Source of the DNA: Thermoplasmata archaeon
Lineage (GTDB): Archaea > Thermoplasmatota > Thermoplasmata > UBA10834
NCBI GenBank assembly: GCA_038852315.1
Contig: JAWCKF010000005.1
Span: forward strand, 12,040-76,039
DNA length: 64,000 bases
Direction of reading: 5' to 3'
This document shows, in pieces, positions 1-7,989 of this stretch; position 1 is the first letter of the stretch, and every line of letters starts with the position of its first letter. The notes under the pieces were generated by a model. It was given only the letters and a program-made list of their open reading frames with translations, ran no database searches and was not told the DNA's origin. Position numbers and translations under genes: made by a program.

Positions 1-17
1 AGTTCGACACGTACGCG

Positions 18-749
18 TTGCGCAGGTGGATAGGGGACAGAAGCCGTCATCTCAAGTTCGCGATGGTGATGGGCAGACACACCGGCATCGTGCTCGAAAG
101 CAGGGCTGCCAACAAGGACGATGTCGTAGTGATAGACACCTGGCGCTCAGTCCGCGACCTTAGACAGTATGCGCTCAGCTATCTCCCCGAATCCATGTAC
201 TACGACAGGAACAGGTACGAAGACGTGTCGGCATGCGCTGGCTGCGACAAAGGCAGAACCGCATGCATGAGATGCTACAACTTCTCGGGCCAGCAGTTGG
301 CTTTCGACCTAGACCCGGAGAACGTGGACTGTCCTTACCACGGCCACATAGGCGACAAGATGTCCGAGGGGAGGGGCTTGTCGCTGTGCATGTATGAGTT
401 CAAGAGACTTAGGATCCAGACTGTGGAGCTCGTCCGCCAGCTGTCAGAAGACTACAGCGAGATCTCCGTCGTTTACTCGGGCAGGGGCTTCCATGTTGTG
501 GTCGACGACGAGGAGGCCTATCAGCTGTCGCGCCGACAGAGGGAACGCCTGGCTGAGATGACGGCGAGACGATTTGCCATCGACGAATGGGTAACTTCGG
601 GCGAATCGAGGCTGATGAGATTGCCGGGGTCGCTCAACGGCCTGGTTTCGAGAAAATGCGTCGTGATGAAAGGTGACTTAAGAGATTTATTGGGGTTTGA
701 TCCAAGGACATCTAGAGAGGTGATACCTGCATTCATGGGGTCAGCGTGA
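18..749 (+). CDS. Archaeo-eukaryotic primase small-subunit-like protein (PriS-like), compact form
   Basis: ORF track, 243 aa. AEP motifs occur in order: LAFDLD (DxD), SGRGFHVVV and RLMRLPGSLN. Cys/His clusters are CAGC..CMRC and C-PYHGH..C. The listed start is TTG at 18 and the frame stays open to base 3, so the N-terminus may lie left of the window. Confidence 0.7.
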   Translation: MRRWIGDRSRHLKFAMVMGRHTGIVLESRAANKDDVVVIDTWRSVRDLRQYALSYLPESMYYDRNRYEDVSACAGCDKGRTACMRCYNFSGQQLAFDLDPENVDCPYHGHIGDKMSEGRGLSLCMYEFKRLRIQTVELVRQLSEDYSEISVVYSGRGFHVVVDDEEAYQLSRRQRERLAEMTARRFAIDEWVTSGESRLMRLPGSLNGLVSRKCVVMKGDLRDLLGFDPRTSREVIPAFMGSA

Positions 750-836
750 TCGGTTTGCCCGGATCTCCTTGCCCCTGTAGTAACTCTTCTTCTTGGCTGC
801 CTTTCCCGCCTTCTTCGATTTCTTCTTGCTAGCCAT
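741..836 (-). CDS. Lysine-rich micro-ORF A, hypothetical (31 aa: MASKKKSKKAGKAAKKKSYYRGKEIRANRSR)
   Basis: Hand-translated; below the ORF-track size cut-off. ATG at 836-834 and TGA at 743-741. GGAG lies 7 nt upstream of the ATG on the minus strand. It overlaps the convergent primase 3' end by 9 nt. No family recognised. Confidence 0.3.
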   Translation of the reverse strand: MASKKKSKKAGKAAKKKSYYRGKEIRANRSR

Positions 837-875
837 TAAACCACTCCGAACTTAGGAAAGCCAAGCTCGGCAGAG

Positions 876-938
876 TTACTTCTTCTTCTTGGCCTTTGCC
901 TTCTTCTTCGCCTTCTTTCCGCACTTCCCGCAAGACAT
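876..938 (-). CDS. Lysine-rich micro-ORF B, hypothetical (20 aa: MSCGKCGKKAKKKAKAKKKK)
   Basis: Hand-translated. ATG at 938-936 and TAA at 878-876. A strong AGGAGG lies 8 nt upstream on the minus strand. It contains one CxxC. It sits 39 nt upstream of micro-ORF A on the same strand. Confidence 0.3.
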   Translation of the reverse strand: MSCGKCGKKAKKKAKAKKKK

Positions 939-1162
939 CTTACCTTCCTCCTATCGGTTTTTGTTGCGATCAGGCTGCAGGAGCATCTCGCCCATCCAAG
1001 GGCCACGTTGTCAACTTCTAGCGACCCACTAGATGCGTCCCTTGTACCTTAATGCTCTTGTGGCATATGATTCTTTTTCTATGGTTCGTCGACTTCGCAT
1101 CGGATTCGCTTCTATGCATACACAACGGCCTGATTTTGACGCGACCGAACTCGCTTGTGGAA

Positions 1163-1175
1163 ATCTATTTTTACA
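1163..1175 (+). promoter_or_regulatory. TATA-like box upstream of the small GTPase gene
   Basis: The sequence TCTATTTTTAC lies about 28-38 nt upstream of the ATG at 1203. This spacing would give a leaderless or very short-leader mRNA, as is common in archaea. Confidence 0.3.
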
Positions 1176-1202
1176 CATCAACGGATATGTCGTGATTGTA
1201 AG

Positions 1203-1766
1203 ATGACAAGCACAGTTCCGCCTGCGGGCGAGTTGCGCAAGCTCAAGATATGTCTCATCGGCGATGTTGGGGTCGGGAAGACCAGTCTGATTAGACGCTA
1301 TGTCCTCGACGTGTTCGATGACAGATACATAGCTACGATAGGCACGAAGGTTACCAAGAAGGAGGTAAGTGTCAGGAATCCGGTCACGGGCCAGCAGGAG
1401 AGAGTGATGCTCCTGATATGGGATATCATGGGGCAGCCGAGCTTCCGTGAGGTCCTGCGCGAAGCATACTTCTATGGAGTTCAGGGGTCCTTAGCGGTCT
1501 GCGATGTGACCAGCAAGGAGAGCCTCGGCGAACTGAGGTACTGGATCAAGGCGATGACATCTACCACGGGCAACGTGCCAATAGTGTTCCTAGGCAACAA
1601 GTGCGACCTGCGCGAGGAAACGCGAATCCAGCAGGACGAGATAGAGCTTTTTGCCAAGAAGCACGATTCGCCCGCACTACTGACATCCGCGAAGACAGGT
1701 TACAACGTGGAGGCCGCGTTCACCAAGCTCGTGGACATGATGTTGCGGGAAGGTGGTGGAAGGTAG
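1203..1766 (+). CDS. Ras/Rab-like small GTPase
   Basis: ORF track 1155..1766; start refined to the in-frame ATG at 1203 (MTSTVPPAGEL...). G1 is GDVGVGKT, G3 is WDIMGQ, G4 is NKCD and G5 is TSAK. Confidence 0.8.
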   Translation: MTSTVPPAGELRKLKICLIGDVGVGKTSLIRRYVLDVFDDRYIATIGTKVTKKEVSVRNPVTGQQERVMLLIWDIMGQPSFREVLREAYFYGVQGSLAVCDVTSKESLGELRYWIKAMTSTTGNVPIVFLGNKCDLREETRIQQDEIELFAKKHDSPALLTSAKTGYNVEAAFTKLVDMMLREGGGR

Positions 1767-1818
1767 TCCGCGACAACGATGGTCGTTCGGGTCGCGCTCG
1801 ACCCCGCAGGTGACGCCA

Positions 1819-3372
1819 GTGAAGACCGCTTGTTCAAACACCCTCTTCTTCAACGGAAGGATATACACGCTGAGCTCGAGGCCCGCTTTGGCCCGCGCGA
1901 TGGCCGTGGGCAATGGACGAATCATCGCCGTCGGGAACGACGATGAGGTCAGGCGGTGTCTCCCCAGGGGGGCTGAGAGGGTTGATCTCAGAGGTAGGCC
2001 AGTCGTGCCAGGGTTCATAGACTGTCACACACACTTCGTTCAGATGGGTGTGGACGCACTGAACGTCGACCTCTCTCAGACGAAGAGCCTGAAAGAGGCT
2101 CTCCAGCTGATGGGGAAGCGTGCTGCGGAGACGCCCGAGGGTGAGTGGGTCATCGGTGTGAATTGGAAGGAGAGCGCCTGGCCGGACGGAAGGTTCATAG
2201 ATCGTAAGGATCTTGATTCGTGCTGTCCGGATCACCCTGCGGTGGCGCACAGGGTCTGCGGCCACTTATCAACTGTCAACTCCAGAGCAATCGACGAGCT
2301 AGGGATAGATGTCAGCACCCCAGATGTGGATGTGGTCCGAGGGAAGCTCACGGGAGTGCTCAGAGAGAGTGCTGTCGCGCTTGTGAGGAGGGCAACACAG
2401 CCCGACCGTGCGACGAGGTTGAAGGGGTTGGGCCTCGCGATCAAGAAGGCTCATTCGCTCGGTGTAACTTCGATACACGATAACGGCGAGGCCTGCGACC
2501 TCGGGCTCTATGCCGAGTTCGAACGCACCCGCAAGCTGAAGGTACGTGTCTGGTTTAACACACCCTCGGCAGAGGTGGCCTCGAGGAGGAACCTAGCGCT
2601 CGTGCACGGTATCGGTTCGGAATGGCTCAAGGTGGGCGGTGTCAAGATATTCTGTGACGGGGCTTTGGGTGCACGCACGGCTGCTCTTTCGGAACCTTAT
2701 GCAGACGATCCTGCAAACACAGGCATATTCGTCCACGATGAGGGGGAGTTCGACGATCTGGTCGATGCTGTGAATGAAGCGGGAATCCAGCTCGCGATCC
2801 ATGCCATCGGGGACCGCGGGATTGAGAGGGCGATATCCGCTGTGGAGAGAGCGGTGGGGAGTTCGTCCCGAAAGGACCTCAGGCACAGGATAGAGCATCT
2901 CGAGCTTCCGGTCAAGGGCCACCTTCGTCGGATGAGGCGGCTGGGCATGCTAGCATCGATGCAGCCCAACTTCGTCGGCGAATGGGGCGGCTCGGAGGGT
3001 ATGTACCTGTCAAGGCTCGGCCCTGTCAGGGTCGCTGCCAACAACCCGTTCAGGGATGTCCTGAGGGCCGGCGTGGAGCTGGTGTTCGGTTCGGATTGCA
3101 TGCCATTCTCCCCCCTCTACGGGATACACTCGGCTGTGAACGCGCCGTTCCCCGCCCAGAGGATAGGTGCTCTGGAGGCGTTGACTGCATACACGAGCGC
3201 GGGCGCGTTCGCGTCCTTTGAGGAGCATGATAAGGGCAGACTCACGGGCGGTATGATGGCCGACTTCGTCGTCCTCTCGAGAGACCCGTTCGAGGACACC
3301 CGAAACATTCGGGGAATCGAGGTCCTGAAGACAGTCTTGGGTGGCGAGACCGTGTTCGCTGCGCGCCCCTGA
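1819..3372 (+). CDS. Metal-dependent amidohydrolase (Amidohydro_3 / YtcJ-like)
   Basis: ORF track 1753..3372. The N-terminus LFFNGRIYT...AVGNGRIIAVG and the metal motif FIDCHTHF are typical of the family. The GTG at 1819 is preceded by AGGTGA and avoids overlap with the GTPase. The GTG at 1753 remains possible. Confidence 0.75.
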   Translation: MKTACSNTLFFNGRIYTLSSRPALARAMAVGNGRIIAVGNDDEVRRCLPRGAERVDLRGRPVVPGFIDCHTHFVQMGVDALNVDLSQTKSLKEALQLMGKRAAETPEGEWVIGVNWKESAWPDGRFIDRKDLDSCCPDHPAVAHRVCGHLSTVNSRAIDELGIDVSTPDVDVVRGKLTGVLRESAVALVRRATQPDRATRLKGLGLAIKKAHSLGVTSIHDNGEACDLGLYAEFERTRKLKVRVWFNTPSAEVASRRNLALVHGIGSEWLKVGGVKIFCDGALGARTAALSEPYADDPANTGIFVHDEGEFDDLVDAVNEAGIQLAIHAIGDRGIERAISAVERAVGSSSRKDLRHRIEHLELPVKGHLRRMRRLGMLASMQPNFVGEWGGSEGMYLSRLGPVRVAANNPFRDVLRAGVELVFGSDCMPFSPLYGIHSAVNAPFPAQRIGALEALTAYTSAGAFASFEEHDKGRLTGGMMADFVVLSRDPFEDTRNIRGIEVLKTVLGGETVFAARP

Positions 3373-3465
3373 GGTATGTTCGCGTACGCCTAATGCCTGT
3401 GTCTAAGGTCCGTCCTCGTCAAAAGGTTCTAGAGGGATGGGCTCGCTCTCCGTCATGGGGTTGTT

Positions 3466-4221
3466 GTGACAATGTTCGAGATAAAGCTCGCCAAAGGTGC
3501 GAAGCCTGGAGGCGGGACCCTGCTTTCCGCCTTCCCCAGCGTAGGGATGGTCAGCACCATTGCTGGAAGCTACATCGCGGAGGCTCTGGACATGAAGCGA
3601 CTGGCATATGTGATATCCGACGAGGTTCCGCCTGCTGCGCTGGTCCAGGACGGTGTTCCGACCTATCCTCTCAGAATCGTGGGGCAGAAGAACCTCGCTG
3701 TGCTGAGCTCGGAGTTCCAGCTACCGCTGGCACTCGCCGGACAGATGGCGAGGGCCGCGATGGAGTGGTCCGTCGCCAACGGCTTCGACATGGTGATCGG
3801 GCTGGAAGGGCTCATGACCGACCAGCCACCTGGTGCGGATACGGAGTCGAAGCTCTACGGCGTTGGCTCGACCGACTCCGCGAGGAAGATGGTCGTGAAC
3901 GCCGGCATTGAGCAGTTCAAGGCCGGCATGATAACAGGCGTGTCCGGGGCGATGTTGGCCGAGGGCGAACTGCTCGGGCGAGACGTCATAGTCCTCCTCG
4001 TGAGCGCGAACCCGCTGTATCCAGATGCAAGGGGTGCCGCGAGGCTTGTCGAGGGGGTCACCAAGTTGCTGCCGAAGCTCGAACTGGACCTGAAAGAACT
4101 CTACGAAGAGGCTGCGCGGATAGAGGAGAACGTGAAGGCGACGGTCGAGAAGACAAAGGAACTCCTTGCGGCGAGACAGAGTCAGGCGGAGCGCCTGGGA
4201 AGGTCGTACATGTATGGCTAG
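3466..4221 (+). CDS. PAC2-family proteasome assembly chaperone
   Basis: 251 aa. The N-terminal LLSAFPSVGMVSTIAGSYI pattern and overall size are typical of archaeal PAC2 (PF09754-like) proteins. GTG start. Confidence 0.7.
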   Translation: MTMFEIKLAKGAKPGGGTLLSAFPSVGMVSTIAGSYIAEALDMKRLAYVISDEVPPAALVQDGVPTYPLRIVGQKNLAVLSSEFQLPLALAGQMARAAMEWSVANGFDMVIGLEGLMTDQPPGADTESKLYGVGSTDSARKMVVNAGIEQFKAGMITGVSGAMLAEGELLGRDVIVLLVSANPLYPDARGAARLVEGVTKLLPKLELDLKELYEEAARIEENVKATVEKTKELLAARQSQAERLGRSYMYG

Positions 4222-4669
4222 CACGGACGTCAAGGGGAGAAGGCTGAGGGACATCAGAGAGATGTCCCGTTTCTGGGACGCGGAGGATCTGATTCGCAAC
4301 TTCGAGCAGGAGATGGAGAGGCTCGAACGCGGCCTGGGACACATGGTCTGGGATGCGCACGAGCACCGGGTCACCACGTGGCTGAGACCTCTTCCCGTGA
4401 CGCCCAGGTTCCAGATCGATGAATCAGATAGCGAGGTCGTGCTCAGGGTTCAGCTGCCGAACGTCGACCGGGACAGCGTTAGAGTGGGCGTGGACGAGCG
4501 GAGCCTCGAGCTCTTTGCATGCTCGAGGGACCCTGCGTGCCGACCTTACTACCTCAGCCTCGACGTTCACGGCTCGCTCAAGCCGGAGACTGCGGAGGCT
4601 AAAGTGGCCGGAGAGCTCTTCGAGCTGAGGGTTTCAAAAGTCAGGAAGAGGAAGGTGGACATAAAGTAG
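4214..4669 (+). CDS. Hsp20 / alpha-crystallin family small heat-shock protein
   Basis: ORF track 4166..4669. The ATG at 4214 overlaps the PAC2 stop (4219-4221). Alpha-crystallin-like core: VVLRVQLPNVDRDSVRVGVDERSLEL...GELFELRVSK. Confidence 0.7.
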   Translation: MASTDVKGRRLRDIREMSRFWDAEDLIRNFEQEMERLERGLGHMVWDAHEHRVTTWLRPLPVTPRFQIDESDSEVVLRVQLPNVDRDSVRVGVDERSLELFACSRDPACRPYYLSLDVHGSLKPETAEAKVAGELFELRVSKVRKRKVDIK

Positions 4670-4867
4670 GCGGACGTCGCACCTCGGGGATGTGGGGGTG
4701 TAGTTCGTGTGGCCGGTGGATGCACACATTGCGCCCCCCGCTGGCGGCGTCAGCCATCCTCGTCCGAGAAGGTTTAAGTACGGCTTGGTTGTACGGTTAC
4801 CGTCGGTTGCGACGACCGGTTTTCGGAAGTGCAGTGCGAAGTTTCTAAACAAGGAGGTGTGCAGACA

Positions 4868-6049
4868 ATGACCATATTGGTTCTAGGAGCGTCTGGACAG
4901 ATAGGTGCGTACACCGCACAGGATTTGATCGAGTTCTGTGGCGAGAAGGACATCATAGCCTCTAGCAGGAGGTTGGCGAACGTCAAGAAGGCGATGGAAG
5001 ACGTCGGGATTGCCAAGAAGGTCAAGCTGATGGAGCTAGACGCCAACGACTCGGCCAAGGTCCTCGAGGTGATAAGGAAGGAGAAGGTCAAGTCGGTCAT
5101 CAACTGCGCGTGGTATCAGACGAACCTGGCGGTGATGGATGCGTGCCTGAAAGGAGGCGCGACCTACACGGACCTTGGCGGCTTCTTCGACACGTGCCTC
5201 AAGCAACTGGAGTTGCACAAGAAGTGGAAGGACGCAGGCATCAACGCGACCATAGGTCTTGGAAGCACTCCTGGCATGACGAACGTCGCAGGCGCTGCGG
5301 GGGCGAAGAGGCTTGACTCGGTGGACAGCATAGACATAGTCTGCGCCTGGGGTAACACGCTCCCTGTCAAGGAGGCCGGCTGGCCGGGATATTCGATAAG
5401 GACGGTCCTGGACGAGTTCACGCAGGAGTCGACCCAGTGGATCGACGGGAAGTACCAGAAGCAGAAGATCCTCGGGGGCGAGACGGAGGTTCTGATGCCC
5501 GACCCGATAGGGAAGGTGAAGGCGTACTACATCAAGCACTCGGAGCCCGCAACCATGGGCAAGTACCTCAAGGCGAGGCGGGTGACGTTCAGGATAGGCT
5601 TCCCTGAGCACGACATGAACACGTTCCTGACGCTGAAGGCGCTCGGGTTCGCGGACACGAAGCCGCTTGATCCGTACAACGTTTCTCCTCTCGACTTCAT
5701 CACGAGGATGTACCAGAAGGGTGTGGAGGCCGCAAGGGCGGCTCCGCCGAAGGAGAAGTACGAGTACGACATGTTCAGGATAGACTGTGCTGGAAAGAAG
5801 GACGGGATGCCCATGACGGTCACTTACTTCATCGTGACTTGGAACGACCCCGAGAGAGGCGTCTCGTCGGCCCGCGACACAGCTGTGCCACCCGCTATAG
5901 TGGCGCACTGGCAGAAGACGGGGAAGATCAAGGAGCCGGGGGTCTTCCCTGCGGAGGCGACAGTGGAGCCCTTCGAGTTCTTCAGGGAGCTCGGCAGGCG
6001 GAAGATAATGGTAGATGAGCACATCACCACGACCAACAAGTACTACTGA
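4868..6049 (+). CDS. Saccharopine dehydrogenase-like NAD(P)-binding oxidoreductase
   Basis: ORF track 4829..6049. The ATG at 4868 is preceded by AGGAGGTG. Rossmann N-terminus is MTILVLGASGQIGAY. Length is about 394 aa, typical of the Sacchrp_dh family. Confidence 0.65.
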   Translation: MTILVLGASGQIGAYTAQDLIEFCGEKDIIASSRRLANVKKAMEDVGIAKKVKLMELDANDSAKVLEVIRKEKVKSVINCAWYQTNLAVMDACLKGGATYTDLGGFFDTCLKQLELHKKWKDAGINATIGLGSTPGMTNVAGAAGAKRLDSVDSIDIVCAWGNTLPVKEAGWPGYSIRTVLDEFTQESTQWIDGKYQKQKILGGETEVLMPDPIGKVKAYYIKHSEPATMGKYLKARRVTFRIGFPEHDMNTFLTLKALGFADTKPLDPYNVSPLDFITRMYQKGVEAARAAPPKEKYEYDMFRIDCAGKKDGMPMTVTYFIVTWNDPERGVSSARDTAVPPAIVAHWQKTGKIKEPGVFPAEATVEPFEFFRELGRRKIMVDEHITTTNKYY

Positions 6050-6167
6050 ATCAGGGTCGGGAGCGCTGTGACGGAGGGGTCCGAGACCCCCTCCCGAAAA
6101 ACGCCTTTCTACTTCTCTTGGCCTCTTGCGTGAATTGGAAATAGATGCTACCTCCATAGCCCCGCGG

Positions 6168-7562
6168 ATGTCAGATGGACTGTCTACGCTCCTGAATCCA
6201 AGGTCAGTGGCAGTGGTGGGTGCGTCGGCGAACCCCTCCAAGCTCGGGAACGTGATCCTGAAGAACCTGAAGACGGGCAGGTTCAGGCTCTATCCGGTCA
6301 ATCCCAAGGAGGAGTCGATAGAGGGTCTGAAGTGCTACCGTTCCGTGGGCGAGGTGCCGGATGAGATCGATTTGGCCGTCATCGCATTGCCAGCAGAGGC
6401 GACGATACAACCTTTCCTGGAATGCGTAGCCAAGGGGGTGAAACACATCATCGTAACTGCATCGGGTTTCAGGGAATCGGGCGAGGCAGGGGCCGTGCTG
6501 GAATCGCAGCTGGTCGACGCCCTGAGAGGCTCCCGCACTCGGATGCTCGGGCCGAACACTATGGGAGTCCTCTCGAAGCGCTCTCGCCTGGATACGTTCT
6601 TCATACCGGTCGATCGGAGCAGACGGCCTCCGAGTGGCCCAGTCGCGCTCGTTTCGCAGAGCGGGGCAGTGCTAGTCTCTTCCATGGAGAAGCTTCGCGC
6701 CGCGGGTCTGGGGATCTCCGCAGCCATCGGCCTGGGGAACAAGGCGGACTTGACCGAGCTTGATATTCTGGAACTCTTGGCGACCGACCCAAGGACAAAG
6801 TGCATCGCGATGTACCTCGAATCTTTCTCGGACGGGCGAAGGTTCTTCGAGCAGGCCTCACGGATTGCGCCCACCAAGCCGATAGTACTCCTCAAGGCAG
6901 GGCGTACCCCCGCTGGGACCAGGGCCGCTAGGTCGCACACGGGCGCGATGGCAGCGTCCTCCGACAGGGTCGTCGACTGTGCGCTTACTCAGGCAGGCGT
7001 GGTGAGGGCGTACGACGAGGAGGAACTCGTCGACTTCGCGAAGGCTTTGGCACACGTCGGGAGCATCAAAGGCGACCGCATATGCGTTGTCGCGAGCGCT
7101 GGTGGATATGGCGTCATCGCTTCAGACTATGTGGAGTCGGCGGATCGGGGGGCGGGTCTTTGTATGGCAAAGCTTTCCGATTCGACGAAGGAGGAGCTTC
7201 GAAGAGTTGTGCCAGAATTCGGATCGATCGCCAACCCCGTCGACCTGACTGCCTCCGTCACGGATCAGATGTACGAGTCAGTCCTGGTCTCGCTTCAGAA
7301 CGACCCAGGCGTCGACGGCATCATGATGTCGCTCGAGCTTCAGCCTCCGAACGTTACGAGGGAGCTGGTCGAAGTTACCGTGAGGCGTTCCCGGTCGCAG
7401 GGTGCACCGGTGGTCGTCAGTCTCTTCGCAGGTCAAAGGACCGATGCGCTCGTGAGGCATCTCGGCAAGCGCGGGGTCGTCGCGTACCCGACCATCTGGA
7501 GAGCGGTGCGTGCGCTCGGAGTTCTCGCAACAAGGGGTCGATTCCTGGAGCGCCACAAATAA
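6168..7562 (+). CDS. acdA: Acyl/acetyl-CoA synthetase (ADP-forming), alpha subunit (CoA-binding plus CoA-ligase domains)
   Basis: ORF track 6126..7562. The ATG at 6168 gives MSDGLSTLLNPRSVAVVGASANPSKLGNVILKNL, matching the canonical N-terminus of archaeal ACD alpha subunits. About 465 aa. Confidence 0.75.
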   Translation: MSDGLSTLLNPRSVAVVGASANPSKLGNVILKNLKTGRFRLYPVNPKEESIEGLKCYRSVGEVPDEIDLAVIALPAEATIQPFLECVAKGVKHIIVTASGFRESGEAGAVLESQLVDALRGSRTRMLGPNTMGVLSKRSRLDTFFIPVDRSRRPPSGPVALVSQSGAVLVSSMEKLRAAGLGISAAIGLGNKADLTELDILELLATDPRTKCIAMYLESFSDGRRFFEQASRIAPTKPIVLLKAGRTPAGTRAARSHTGAMAASSDRVVDCALTQAGVVRAYDEEELVDFAKALAHVGSIKGDRICVVASAGGYGVIASDYVESADRGAGLCMAKLSDSTKEELRRVVPEFGSIANPVDLTASVTDQMYESVLVSLQNDPGVDGIMMSLELQPPNVTRELVEVTVRRSRSQGAPVVVSLFAGQRTDALVRHLGKRGVVAYPTIWRAVRALGVLATRGRFLERHK

Positions 7563-7653
7563 AGCGCCTTCAGAAGACCCGATTCAGGCAGTCTTTCAGG
7601 CGGGCCGTGACAGGTCTTCTGGGTTGGGGTTTTGCAGTAAAGCGTTTCTCCCC

Positions 7654-7794
7654 TTAGCCGCCAATCCTGAAGACCTTCGTGCCGCACTTCGGGCATGAGC
7701 CCTTCGTCGCGGGCTTTCCATTCTTCAGCTTGACCTTCTTCGGGTCCTTCATCTCGACAGACTTCTTGCACTTCACACAATAGGCCTTCGTCAG
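7654..7794 (-). CDS. DUF5679-like four-cysteine zinc-ribbon small protein; start codon unresolved
   Basis: Hand-translated: (L)TKAYCVKCKKSVEMKDPKKVKLKNGKPATKGSCPKCGTKVFRIGG*. Two CxxC pairs. TAA at 7656-7654. There is no ATG/GTG/TTG upstream of the first CxxC in this frame. A candidate CTG at 7794-7792 follows GGTGGG. Confidence 0.5.
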   Translation of the reverse strand: MTKAYCVKCKKSVEMKDPKKVKLKNGKPATKGSCPKCGTKVFRIGG

Positions 7795-7989
7795 ATTCCC
7801 ACCGTCCCTGTATCGGCTAGTGTTAATATATAACCTTTTGGATGATTTCCAGTAGACCTGGCACCTGCTGCGGAATTATGGCCATGCATCGTTCTCGGCT
7901 GCTGTCTGCAGAGGCTAAGGGGCAATGATCCTCCGAAACCGAGATATACTCTGCATGCGGAGATTCTGGTCCCAGAGGGATGGGACCGG

